The notes: generated from the letters alone by a model not told the origin. 29,665 nt of DNA from Verrucomicrobiales bacterium (GCA_046075565.1 JBJTQJ010000109.1:1-29665), one strand, 5' to 3'. Counted from the first letter of the stretch, positions 7,874-18,396 are shown. Made by a program: numbers and translations.

Positions 7874-8046
7874 GTCAGACCGAGACGGTCTGACTACGGC
7901 CTTGAGACGCGGTCGGACGAACAACTGGCAGGGACCGCTGTCCCAGCGGTCCGTGAGATTGCGATGTTATCGAAGCGGTAAAGGCCTGGTGGCTCCGCCC
8001 TCGCGGACGTTTGAGGACAAACGTCCCTGCCTTTGCCGCAGGGACG
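7874..8046. repeat. REP/REPIN-like cluster of extragenic palindromes between convergent sulfatases
   Basis: Three perfect 9-bp-stem hairpins are each flanked by GTAG/GCAG: 7874-7897 (minus: GTAGTCAGACCG TCT CGGTCTGAC), 7927-7953 (GGCAG GGACCGCTG TCC CAGCGGTCC G) and 8004-8031 (minus: GGCAG GGACGTTTG TCCT CAAACGTCC G). A partial GCAGGGACG lies at 8038-8046. Confidence 0.75.
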
Positions 8047-8090
8047 ATTGATTTGAATGGAGGAGGAATAAAGAAAGCCAAGCCTCGGTT

Positions 8091-9539
8091 TTAATCCTTT
8101 TGCAGGGACGCCTCCATGATCCGAAGCCGCTCGAGAAGCCGGGCCACGACCTCGGGGTGTTCGGCAGCGCGATCGATTCGTTCACCGAGGTCATGCTCGA
8201 CTTGATAGAGCAAGGGAGTTTCCCTGCTGGCCGTGGACCCGTAGGTGTCCTTGGTCTGCGTGATCGTCTTGATGTGCAGTTTCCAGTTTTCAACCCGGAT
8301 GGCATTCGGTTTGGTATCAGGACCGGAGTAGGCCATCTCGAATGGTGGAACCGGCTTTTGAACCGGCCGTGGCATGAGTAGCGGACCGATGTCGCGACCA
8401 TCGGCATGGGCGGACAGGTTGCCATCTGTTCCGGCAATGGCAAAGAGGGTGGGTAGAACATCAAGGGTGCAGGCAGGCTCCAACCGGCGCCCGGGCGGGA
8501 TCATGCCGGGCCAATGGAAAATGCCCGGGACGCGGTGGCCGCCTTCCCAATTCGAACCCTTGCCATCGCGGAATGGCTGCGCGTAACCGACATTCAGGCG
8601 GGCATCCCCATATTTCGGGTTCTCAGCCAAATCCAGAAAGCGAACCCATGGACCGTTGTCGGATGAAAACACCAGAATGGTGTTGGAGGCAATTCCGCTT
8701 TCTTTCACCGCTCTCATGATCCGTCCGACCGAGTCGTCGATCTCGGCCATCACATCCCCGAGCAACCCGCGTTTGGAGCGACCCTCGAATTTCTTGTCCA
8801 CGTGAAGTGCCAGGTGCGGTTGGTTGTGCGCCACGTAAAGGAAGAATGGTTTGTCCTTGTTCGAGCGGATGAATTCTTCGGCGGCTTGGGTGTAAAGCCC
8901 AGTCAAGGAGGTGGAGACTTCCAGATTGGAAGGAAGGTTGGCGGCGATTTCCCGGTAGCCAGGGATAGGCGTGCTGCCGGTCTCATCGGAACGCAGCAGC
9001 TTCGCCACGTCGTAGTCGTGGGAGACATTTGTTCCGAGCCATGAGTCGAACCCGTGGGCGAGGGGATAAGAAGCGGGTGTCATCCCATTGGAGGGATTCG
9101 GATTTCCAAGATGCCATTTGCCGAGCATGGCGGTTTCGTAACCACGACTTTTGAAGCCCTCGGCAAGTGTCGTCTCGTTTTCAAGGATATGGGCTCGCGA
9201 GTCCGGGTTGAGCACCCATGAGCCGAAACCGGAATGGCCGGGATAACGTCCGGTGAGCAGGGAATAACGCGATGCGCTGCAGGCCGAGGCTGGCACGTAG
9301 AATTGGGTGAAACTCGCTCCTTCGTGGGCGAGTCGTGAGATCACCGGTGTCTCGATGACAGGATTGCCATTGTGGGAGTAGTCGCCGTATCCGCTGTCGT
9401 CGAGGAAGATGAGGATGACATTCGGACGATCCGCCGCTTCCCGCGCCTTCTCCATACGTTCGTGGGCCTCGGACTCCGTAAGGGCGGGAAGGCCGATGGG
9501 AAAAAGCAGGAAGCTGACGACGATGAATCCGAGCTTCAT
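8091..9539 (-). CDS. Secreted arylsulfatase A-like sulfatase (CSASR motif)
   Basis: Signal peptide, PNVILIFLDDSGYGD, ACSASRYSLLTGRY, GKWHLG, SDNGP, GKGSNWEGGHRVP and DVLPT. Confidence 0.95.
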   Translation of the reverse strand: MKLGFIVVSFLLFPIGLPALTESEAHERMEKAREAADRPNVILIFLDDSGYGDYSHNGNPVIETPVISRLAHEGASFTQFYVPASACSASRYSLLTGRYPGHSGFGSWVLNPDSRAHILENETTLAEGFKSRGYETAMLGKWHLGNPNPSNGMTPASYPLAHGFDSWLGTNVSHDYDVAKLLRSDETGSTPIPGYREIAANLPSNLEVSTSLTGLYTQAAEEFIRSNKDKPFFLYVAHNQPHLALHVDKKFEGRSKRGLLGDVMAEIDDSVGRIMRAVKESGIASNTILVFSSDNGPWVRFLDLAENPKYGDARLNVGYAQPFRDGKGSNWEGGHRVPGIFHWPGMIPPGRRLEPACTLDVLPTLFAIAGTDGNLSAHADGRDIGPLLMPRPVQKPVPPFEMAYSGPDTKPNAIRVENWKLHIKTITQTKDTYGSTASRETPLLYQVEHDLGERIDRAAEHPEVVARLLERLRIMEASLQKD

Positions 9540-11131
9540 GAAACCGGGGCGGAAGTAGGCACTCCATTCACCAGGCGGATGAGACCGCGAGGGTTGGCGT
9601 CACGCAGCACTTCCGGCAAAAGGGACTCGGGGGATCCCTGCCAAGCGACGGGACGAGTGAACCTGACAAGAGCGGCCGTGCCGACCGAGGTAAAACGCGC
9701 GTCGGAGGCGGCTGGCCATGGGCCTCCATGCTGCATCGAGGGACAAACTTCGACCCCGGTGGGCACGCTGTTGAAGACGATGCGTCCTGCCATTCTTGTC
9801 GCGGCATCAACGATAGAGGAGGCATTCGAGAAGTCGGCATTTTCGCCGTGGAAAGTGATGGAGAGTTGTCCTCCCAGAATGGAGAGGCAGCGCAACAGGG
9901 TCTCTTCATCCGGTGTCTCGATGACGATGCCAAGAGGTCCGAAGTATTCCTCGCGGAGATGCGGTGTGGAAAGGAAGGTTTCGGCGGTAACCCTAACAAC
10001 AACGGCAGCACCTTCGTTTTTCACGGCATCAGGAGCGGCGGATGCTTTGCCCAGCACTTCGATGCCCGGCAAATCCAGTAGGCTTTTTGAGCCACGGGTG
10101 AACGAATCGCAAATGCCGGAATGCAACATGGTCGCGGGGGGCACGGCGGCGGCGGCCGCGGCCAGAGCGGTTTTGAATTCCTCATATCCTTCACCAGTAT
10201 GCACGAAGACGATACCCGGTTTGGTGCAGAATTGACCGACACCCAGCGTTATAGAGCCGACGAGTTGGGTGGCAATGGCGGCCCCGCGTTTGGCAAGAGC
10301 GGATGGAAGGACGATGAATGGATTGAGGCTGCTCATCTCGGCGAAAACCGGAATCGGGTCCGGACGGGAGGCCGATGCATCGAAAAGGGCACGCCCGGCT
10401 GTTAGGGAGCCGGTGAGGGCGACGGCTTTTGTCGCCGGGTGTTTCGCGAGAATGGGGCCGAGTTTGCGTCCGGGACCGTGCAGCATCGAGAAGACACCGG
10501 AGGGAAGGCCAAGCGAATTGATGGCGGCGAGAATGGCTTCGCCGACAAGTTCAGAGGTGCCGGGATGCGAGTCGTGGGCTTTGACGACCACCGGGTTGCC
10601 GGTGGCGAATGCCGAGGCGGTGTCGCCGCCCGCAACCGAGAACGCGAGAGGAAAGTTGCTCGCTCCAAAGACAACCACTGGACCAAGTGGCACATGGGCG
10701 CGACGAAGGTCGGGTTTGGGAAGCGGTTGGCGGTCGGGTTGGGCGGTATCGATGCGCGGGTCGCGCCATGAGTCCTCGCGTGCAACTTGGGCGAACAGGC
10801 GCAATTGCCCGACGGTTCGTCCGCGTTCGCCCTGGAGGCGGGCCATGGGCAGGCCGCATTCGGCATGACACCTTTCCAAAAGTGCATCGCCAAGGTCGAG
10901 GATGTTCTGGGCGATTGTTTCCAAGAACAGCGCTCGTGTCTCGGCACTGGTAGCGGCAAAGCTCGGGAAGTCACTGCCAGCGGCGATCAAAGCGGAGGCG
11001 GTTTCATCCTCCGAGGCATGGGCGAAATCACCGGGAAGCGCGGTGCCATCGAGAGGAGACTTGCATTGAAAGGTGTGTCCGGTCGAAGAGACTCGTTCAC
11101 CTGCGATGAGATTTTTGCCGTGCAGTTTCAT
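9536..11131 (-). CDS. NADP-dependent aldehyde dehydrogenase, alpha-ketoglutaric semialdehyde (2,5-dioxopentanoate) dehydrogenase type
   Basis: GERGRTVGQL, VFGASNFPLAFSVAGGDTASA, KAH..HPGTSE, AEMSSLNP, GQFCTKPG, EEYFGP and PTGVEV..SMQHGGPWPA. Start is ATG 11131 (MKLHGKN). Confidence 0.92.
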   Translation of the reverse strand: MKLHGKNLIAGERVSSTGHTFQCKSPLDGTALPGDFAHASEDETASALIAAGSDFPSFAATSAETRALFLETIAQNILDLGDALLERCHAECGLPMARLQGERGRTVGQLRLFAQVAREDSWRDPRIDTAQPDRQPLPKPDLRRAHVPLGPVVVFGASNFPLAFSVAGGDTASAFATGNPVVVKAHDSHPGTSELVGEAILAAINSLGLPSGVFSMLHGPGRKLGPILAKHPATKAVALTGSLTAGRALFDASASRPDPIPVFAEMSSLNPFIVLPSALAKRGAAIATQLVGSITLGVGQFCTKPGIVFVHTGEGYEEFKTALAAAAAAVPPATMLHSGICDSFTRGSKSLLDLPGIEVLGKASAAPDAVKNEGAAVVVRVTAETFLSTPHLREEYFGPLGIVIETPDEETLLRCLSILGGQLSITFHGENADFSNASSIVDAATRMAGRIVFNSVPTGVEVCPSMQHGGPWPAASDARFTSVGTAALVRFTRPVAWQGSPESLLPEVLRDANPRGLIRLVNGVPTSAPVS

Positions 11132-11140
11132 GGTGGCATC

Positions 11141-11169
11141 ACGATAGGGGAGGGCAACTTGGAAAACAA
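11141..11169 (-). promoter_or_regulatory. Putative sigma70 promoter giving a near-leaderless aldehyde dehydrogenase transcript
   Basis: Minus strand TTGTTT-N17-TATCGT, with the -10 box 9 nt before the ATG and no Shine-Dalgarno. Confidence 0.45.
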
Positions 11170-11241
11170 GGCCGGACAACAAGATATGGTGTTGTCTGCT
11201 CATTCCGTCGTGTGCGAGCAGAGCATTGGCTGAAGGCTTGG

Positions 11242-11781
11242 TCAGGGCCAGTCCGCGATGAGAAGCTTTTCCGTATCGAAGCCCGCCGATTTCGCCAAAA
11301 GGATCAGTTCCTGCAATTTGCTCTTGGGGAGATGCTTTTCGCGACTCAGGACCCAGAGAGCCTTGCGGGATGGAACGCCCACCACTGCGGTGCGGTAATC
11401 TTTATCCACATAGATTACATGATAGTTCGGGCCGGAAAATGCGGCCACTATAGCGGGGACGCCGGGGAATTTCACCGTGAATCGCCCTTTAGGCGGCGAC
11501 TTTTCCAAAACTGCGGTGCCGCGAATACTATTGAGGGGACGACCAGTTGTGTCGAAGGACTCATTAAAGACGGTCACGCTACCCGGCTTCCCGCCGGGGC
11601 TGTAGGTGGCCTTGGCGAGGGTGCCGTCGGGTTGGTAAAAGACCGGCAGGCGCGCCACCTCATACCATTCTCCGAGATACCTCGGGGCATCGAACTGGCT
11701 GGGCCGGGGCAGGGGTGGGTGGCTTTGGCAGGCGGAGAAGACGGCGGCAAAAGCCAGGGCAAATGGGGCGAACGGTTTCAT
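11242..11781 (-). CDS. blc: Lipocalin-family lipoprotein (Blc-like)
   Basis: Lipobox FSAC, RYLGEWYEVAR (lipocalin SCR1), YHVIYVDKDY and LWVLSR. Confidence 0.88.
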   Translation of the reverse strand: MKPFAPFALAFAAVFSACQSHPPLPRPSQFDAPRYLGEWYEVARLPVFYQPDGTLAKATYSPGGKPGSVTVFNESFDTTGRPLNSIRGTAVLEKSPPKGRFTVKFPGVPAIVAAFSGPNYHVIYVDKDYRTAVVGVPSRKALWVLSREKHLPKSKLQELILLAKSAGFDTEKLLIADWP

Positions 11782-11918
11782 GGGGTAAAATTGACGGGAA
11801 TGGCGGCGAATGGGGAATAGGTCACCATCCGGGCCTTTTTAATACGTCTCCCTGCAAAAAAGTTTGCGATTTTCCAAGCCGGGAAGCGGACAAGTTGGAT
11901 TTTGGCCTGTTTCACCTG

Positions 11919-11947
11919 TTGACCGAATCTGGAGGATCCCCCATATT
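11919..11947 (+). promoter_or_regulatory. Putative sigma70 promoter of the mre operon
   Basis: TTGACC-N17-CATATT, about 150 nt upstream of mreB. Confidence 0.5.
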
Positions 11948-12096
11948 TCGGGACCTGGAAGTCTGCCCGCGACCGCCTTGGCCGGGATGGTTTATCCAGC
12001 GAATCCGTATGGGTGGCCCCTGCGGAGGATTCCCCGCCACCCGACTGGACCACGGTCGGAATCACCACATCCTCAACATTTTATCCTCCCACCTGA

Positions 12097-13128
<1,032 letters not shown>

Positions 13129-13170
13129 TCAACCGGCGTTCCCTGACCACCGGCCGCCCAACCCCAGACC

Positions 13171-13998
13171 ATGAGGAAAGGCCATATCATTTCCCTGATT
13201 CTTTTCCTGGCCTTGTGCGGCTGGATTATCAGCCTCAGTCCCAGGACAACGAGGAAAATCCAATCAGCCGCGCTGGCACTGGCCACCCCATTCGTGCGGG
13301 CCGGATCCGAAACGGAAAAGCGCATTCTCCACTTCCGCGAGGACGTGCGAGCAAGCGAGACGGTCAACCGCGAGAACGAGGAGTTGCGGCGAGAATTGGA
13401 TCTGGCGCGTCTTTACGCAAAAGACCGGCGCGAAGTCTATGAAGAAAACAAACGTCTGTCCCGGGCACTCGACTATCGTGAAAGAAGTCCATTTGATTTG
13501 CTTCCCGCTCAGGTCATCCAGCGCGACCGGGCCAACTGGTGGTCAACCATCACCGTGGATCGTGGCTTCTCTCATCCCAAGGTGGGGGTGGGAGCGGCGG
13601 TGCTGGTGCCGGAAGGTTTGGTCGGGCGTATCCTCACGGTCGCGCCCGATTCCAGTGTCGTTCTCCTTTTGACTGATGAGAACTGCCCGGTCGCGGCACG
13701 CACCCTCGGCTCAAATGACGTGCGCGGGGTGGTCACCGGCATGAGGGGCAACACGGAAAGTAATCCGTTCCTTCGTATGGGGCCTTTGCCACTTGGCACA
13801 CGCATCCAATCCGGACTCGCGGCCATCACCACGGGTGGTGGTGGTGTTTTTCCCGCGAACTTTCCCGTGGGCATGGTCGTGCGCGTCGAAGACCGCAACT
13901 TCTTCAGCGAGGCCGTGCTGAAGCCCGCTGTTGATTTTACACGCATTGAACAAGTCTTCATCGTCCTGGCGGGCGAGAAAGGAGGGGAAAGCCGGTGA
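13171..13998 (+). CDS. mreC: Rod shape-determining protein MreC
   Basis: N-terminal TM, coiled coil (RENEELRREL...EENKRL), AQVI.R...WW.TITVDRG, GLVGRI, GGVFP.NFPVG and position after mreB. Confidence 0.95.
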   Translation: MRKGHIISLILFLALCGWIISLSPRTTRKIQSAALALATPFVRAGSETEKRILHFREDVRASETVNRENEELRRELDLARLYAKDRREVYEENKRLSRALDYRERSPFDLLPAQVIQRDRANWWSTITVDRGFSHPKVGVGAAVLVPEGLVGRILTVAPDSSVVLLLTDENCPVAARTLGSNDVRGVVTGMRGNTESNPFLRMGPLPLGTRIQSGLAAITTGGGGVFPANFPVGMVVRVEDRNFFSEAVLKPAVDFTRIEQVFIVLAGEKGGESR

Positions 13999-14573
13999 TA
14001 TTCCATATTCTGGTGTTAATCCTTCTACTCGCGGCGTCGTTCCTTCTGCAGGAACTGACCCCCGGAGTCGTTTCGCTTGTTGAAGCGATGACTGGCGGTA
14101 GCGATGATTTCCTGCACCGGGCGCGTTTGCTCTTCCTGCCGGCCTACTGCTTTACCGCCGCCCTAACCGTGCCATTTCCCTTGATGCTTGGAATCGCTTT
14201 CTTCGGTGGAATCCTTTGGGACGCGTCCCACGCCCTCGTCTGGGGCGATGGTAGTCCCGGTTTCGGCTCCGGACCACTGTTGTTCGGATTCTTCTGTTCG
14301 ATCATGCACGGTGCGGCCGATTTCTTCATGCGCCGCAAATGGGTCTTTCCAATTCTTCTCGGCGGTGTCTGTGTCTTTTTCCTTCTCCTCGCGGAGTATC
14401 TCTGGATAAACTTCCGTGCGGGTGACTTCGGTTTCCCCGCTGGAATTTGGATCAAACTCAGCATGTCCACGCTTTTAACAACCCTGATCATGCCCGTCTT
14501 TCTGCTCGCCCTTGACCGTTCCATGCGCTCGCACGGACTCTTGGATGTGGAAACGGGTTTCGGTTCCCGATGA
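13995..14573 (+). CDS. mreD: Rod shape-determining protein MreD (divergent)
   Basis: 192-aa polytopic membrane protein with AFFGGILWD, between mreC and mrdA with overlapping start/stop codons. Confidence 0.8.
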   Translation: MIFHILVLILLLAASFLLQELTPGVVSLVEAMTGGSDDFLHRARLLFLPAYCFTAALTVPFPLMLGIAFFGGILWDASHALVWGDGSPGFGSGPLLFGFFCSIMHGAADFFMRRKWVFPILLGGVCVFFLLLAEYLWINFRAGDFGFPAGIWIKLSMSTLLTTLIMPVFLLALDRSMRSHGLLDVETGFGSR

Positions 14574-16789
14574 CCTGGTTCTCCCCATCTCGTGCCCGTT
14601 TGTTCCTGCTCGGCCTGTGTTTCGCCGCGGCGGGGATGTTGCTTGTTGTGCGACTGTGGAATCTTCAGATCAAGAGGCGGGATGACTTCATTGGAAAAAT
14701 TCCCGGCACATCGACCGTGACAGTCCGCGAACCTGCGACTCGCGGACGCATCTTTGACCGTGAGGGTCGGTTACTGGTGGACAACATTATCCGCTATGAA
14801 GCCGCCTTCGATCTGGAATCGCTTCGCGGGGCCTATCGCACGGTGGTGGGCAATACCACACCCACGACCACATATGATGTTCCGGTCGCGGGCACGGTGA
14901 AACGCGACCAGCGGGTCGAAGCCGACATCGTGGCGATTTTCAAGGAACTCGCCCTTCCGCGGCTCGATCTTGTCGGATTGGCCGCCAATTTCAATTCCGC
15001 GAAGATGGCGACCCATTACCGCACGCACCGGGGATTGATTCCATGGATCTATCGTGATAATCTCGACTACGAGGAATATTCAAGATACGCCGAGAACGCC
15101 GGTATTGTTCCGGGCATGAGCGTGCGGTTCCGTCCGCAACGCCGCTACAAATTCGGTGCGATGGCCTCGCACATCCTCGGATATCTCAAGGTGCCGGAGA
15201 CGGGCGAGTTGCCCGAGGAAGAAAGAAAACTTTTCGACCACTTCCAGCCGGATGACATCGGTGCGAGTGGCATCGAACAGACCTTCGAAACCCATCTACG
15301 CGGAACGGCCGGACGAAGAACCTTGAAGAAGGACGAGAAAGGCCATGCCATCGGAGAGATCGGCTACGAAGCGCCCATCCGTGGCGGAGATGCTTATCTG
15401 ACCATCGATGCCGAATTGCAAATGCTCGCGGAAAACACGATGCGGAATGTCGGGCGCGGAGCCGCTGTCGTCCTCGATGTGCGGACCGGTGATGTGCTGG
15501 CCATGGCTTCCGTTCCTTCGTATGACCCCAACGACTTTGTTCCCCGGATTTCGAAAGGCCAATGGGACGCCTACACACTCGATCCCGCCCAACCGCTTCT
15601 TTGTACCGCCCTTGGAAGCTACGAGCCTGGTTCGACCTACAAGATCGTATCCGCCATCGCCGGTGCGCTCGGCGGCAAAGGCAAGGCTTCCTACAATTGC
15701 TCCGGTGGCGTGGTCTATGGTGGGAGGTTCAAGAAATGCTGGATTCACGACAAAGGTGGCTCCCATGGCACACTCGGACTCGCCGAGGCAATTCAACGGA
15801 GTTGCAACTCTTACTTCTACCTTCTGGGCAATGCCGTCGGACCCAAACCGTTTGTTGAGGCGGCCGAGTTCTTGGGATTCGGAAGATCTGCCGGGCTGGA
15901 AATCGAGAACGAGAGTCCGGGCATCGTCATGGGAGGATCTTACTGGCGGGAAGTGTTGCGCCGCGATCCCGAGAGAAAAATGACGGCCGCCGAACTGGCC
16001 AACATGGTGATCGGTCAGGGTGAGACGAAGGCCACGCCCGTGCAGATTGCGGTCATGACGGCCGCCATCGCCAATGGAGGAGATGTGTTGCATCCAAGGC
16101 TGGTCCGCCGTATTACACAACCGGACACCGGCCGCCAGCTCTACCCGGATGGTAGCGATGGGCGCAATCGTCCTGACGAGCCCGTGGTTGCTTGCAATCT
16201 GATCAAAGCCGGCGTCCCCACCGAATCACTTGAAACCATCCGTAAGGGAATGTGGATGGCGGTCAATCAACCGGGAGGCACGGCGGGTGCCTGCAAAATC
16301 GAGGGCGCAAATGTGTGCGGGAAAACCGGTTCCGCCCAAACCACGATTCGTGGCAAGAAGGGCACCCACGCTTGGTTCATGGGGTTCGCCCCCAAGGACA
16401 ACCCGAAGTATGCCATCTGTGTGGTCGTTCTCGGTGGCAAGGCAGGCGGCAAGGTCGCGGCCCCGCTTGCTCGTGAAATCCTCGATGGTGCATTCGCCCT
16501 CGAACGCGATCGCATTTCTCCCGGAACAGGAACCCGGCCGGCCATGGTTCGTCTCGGTGCCGCTCCGGGAAATTTTGATGCCGTGGAGGAGGTGAAAAAA
16601 GATCCTCTAACCGGTCAATTGGCCATTGTGGCCGATTATGCCACTGGACTCGAAGTCCGTCCCGCCCGTCTCATTTCGGCTCCGGCCGCCACCATCCGCG
16701 ACGAACCTGACGCCGCCGGTATGGTCGTGCGCCGGGCCCGGCCTGTCGAAGAACCCCCAGCTCCCCCACCCGGTGAGCGCAACCCTTGA
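14570..16789 (+). CDS. mrdA: Penicillin-binding protein 2 (class B transpeptidase)
   Basis: TM then RLWNLQI, RGRIFDREG, LTIDAELQ, and the SxxK (GSTYK), SxN (SCN) and KTG motifs. It has a Pro/Ala-rich C-terminal tail. Confidence 0.96.
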   Translation: MTWFSPSRARLFLLGLCFAAAGMLLVVRLWNLQIKRRDDFIGKIPGTSTVTVREPATRGRIFDREGRLLVDNIIRYEAAFDLESLRGAYRTVVGNTTPTTTYDVPVAGTVKRDQRVEADIVAIFKELALPRLDLVGLAANFNSAKMATHYRTHRGLIPWIYRDNLDYEEYSRYAENAGIVPGMSVRFRPQRRYKFGAMASHILGYLKVPETGELPEEERKLFDHFQPDDIGASGIEQTFETHLRGTAGRRTLKKDEKGHAIGEIGYEAPIRGGDAYLTIDAELQMLAENTMRNVGRGAAVVLDVRTGDVLAMASVPSYDPNDFVPRISKGQWDAYTLDPAQPLLCTALGSYEPGSTYKIVSAIAGALGGKGKASYNCSGGVVYGGRFKKCWIHDKGGSHGTLGLAEAIQRSCNSYFYLLGNAVGPKPFVEAAEFLGFGRSAGLEIENESPGIVMGGSYWREVLRRDPERKMTAAELANMVIGQGETKATPVQIAVMTAAIANGGDVLHPRLVRRITQPDTGRQLYPDGSDGRNRPDEPVVACNLIKAGVPTESLETIRKGMWMAVNQPGGTAGACKIEGANVCGKTGSAQTTIRGKKGTHAWFMGFAPKDNPKYAICVVVLGGKAGGKVAAPLAREILDGAFALERDRISPGTGTRPAMVRLGAAPGNFDAVEEVKKDPLTGQLAIVADYATGLEVRPARLISAPAATIRDEPDAAGMVVRRARPVEEPPAPPPGERNP

Positions 16790-16815
16790 ATCTCATGTTG
16801 AAAGGAATCCAATCC

Positions 16816-18396
16816 ATGTTTAGTGCCATTAAAAAACTCTTCCGCCGCCCCGGCTTCACCGAGGGCAAACGTCTCGTTATCAACCGTGAAAAACTCGAAA
16901 CCCGCGTTGCCCTCGTCGAGGATGGCGTGGTCGAGGAATACACCATCGAGCGTAGTGATGACGACCACCTTGTAGGCAGTGTCTTCAAAGGCAAGGTCCG
17001 CAATATCGAGCAGGGCCTGAAGGCGATGTTCGTCGATATCGGGTTCGAGAAGAATGCCTTCCTCCATTTCTGGGATGCACTCCCGGCGGCCCTTGACGGC
17101 GGACTGGAGGAAATCCAGCGCCGCGGCGGCGGTCCGAAAAAGGAGGCGCGGAAAATTTCCTCCAAGGACATACCGGAAATCTATCCGGTCGGTTCGGAAG
17201 TCATGGTGCAGGTAACCAAGGGGCCGATCGGAACCAAAGGGCCGCGCGTGACCACGAACATCAGCTTGGCCGGCCGCTACCTCGTGCTCATGCCGCTGAA
17301 CGATCAGTTTGGTATTTCCCGGAAGATCGACGATCCGAAAGAGCGCCAGCGCTTGCGTAAGATTCTGGAGGAGCTGAGCGTCCCCGATGGGATGGGTGTG
17401 ATCATGAGAACGGTGTGCCAGGGCAAACGGGTCCGCCATTTCGTGCGCGACCTGCACATCCTGCTCGATCAATGGAACGAGATCGACACCGTCCGGAATA
17501 CGAAGCCGGCACCGGCGCGTTGTTTCGAGGAGCCGGATCTCGTGGGGCGCGTGGCCCGCGACCTCCTCACCGAGGATATTGACGAGGTCTTGTGCGATGA
17601 TCTGGATACCGTCAAGAGAATGCAGGAAACGGTCAGCCAGATTTCAAGCCGCGCCCGCCGTCACATCCGCCACTATCCAACCGATGTCCCGATTTTCGAC
17701 AAACTCGGCATCCAGAAACAAATCGACGCCGCTTTCAACCGTCAGGTCTGGCTGCCCTGTGGCGGATACATTGTCGTGGATGAGACGGAGGCTATGATCA
17801 CGGTCGATGTGAACACCGGGCGCAACCGCGGCAGCAAGAACATGGACAAGACCATCCTCGAAACGAACCGCGAGGCCGCCGAGGAAGTCGCCCGCCAATT
17901 GCGCCTGCGCAACATCGGGGGACTCGTGGTGGTGGACTTCATCGACATGAAGGGTCGCAAGGACCAGATGGAGGTTTTTAAAGCCATGAAGGAGCGTCTC
18001 AAACGGGATCGTGCCAAGACCCAGGTGCTCCAGATTTCCCCTTTGGGACTCATGGAGATGACCCGCCAACGTTTGCACGAGAGCCTGGCCGATACGATCT
18101 ACGATTCATGCCCCTATTGTTCGGGTCGCGGGCGCATCAAATCCACGACCTCGATGAGTGTCGAATTGCAACGCCGCCTCGTCAGTATCATCGAGCGCCG
18201 CAAGGGACAAGTCGGGGATCTCATCATCATCGTGCATCCGGAAGTGCTCAATCGCCTCCGCACCGAAGACGAGCAGCTCGTGATCGATCTCGAGCGGCGC
18301 CACACCGGGCGCCTCATTTTCCGCAGTGATGCGGCCGGCCACCGGGAGAAGATTACCATTCTCGATTCGAGCACCAACCAGGAGATCACGGATTAA
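16816..18396 (+). CDS. rng: Ribonuclease E/G family (RNase G-length)
   Basis: S1 domain (KGKVRNI...AMFVDIG.EKNAFL), VQVTKGPIGTKGPRVTT, DVNTG, RLRNIGGLVVVDFIDM and Zn-link CPYCSGRG. Start is ATG 16816 after AAAGGA. Confidence 0.93.
   Translation: MFSAIKKLFRRPGFTEGKRLVINREKLETRVALVEDGVVEEYTIERSDDDHLVGSVFKGKVRNIEQGLKAMFVDIGFEKNAFLHFWDALPAALDGGLEEIQRRGGGPKKEARKISSKDIPEIYPVGSEVMVQVTKGPIGTKGPRVTTNISLAGRYLVLMPLNDQFGISRKIDDPKERQRLRKILEELSVPDGMGVIMRTVCQGKRVRHFVRDLHILLDQWNEIDTVRNTKPAPARCFEEPDLVGRVARDLLTEDIDEVLCDDLDTVKRMQETVSQISSRARRHIRHYPTDVPIFDKLGIQKQIDAAFNRQVWLPCGGYIVVDETEAMITVDVNTGRNRGSKNMDKTILETNREAAEEVARQLRLRNIGGLVVVDFIDMKGRKDQMEVFKAMKERLKRDRAKTQVLQISPLGLMEMTRQRLHESLADTIYDSCPYCSGRGRIKSTTSMSVELQRRLVSIIERRKGQVGDLIIIVHPEVLNRLRTEDEQLVIDLERRHTGRLIFRSDAAGHREKITILDSSTNQEITD

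Noticed and set aside
7874-8046. CRISPR array or tRNA
   Set aside because: The hairpins are non-identical, inverted and irregularly spaced, with no cas genes and no cloverleaf or T-loop. REP is the better fit.
11842-11868. ECF-like promoter upstream of blc (minus strand GCAAAC-N15-CGTA)
   Set aside because: The spacing and -35 differ from the sulfatase motif and it is a single instance, too weak to call.
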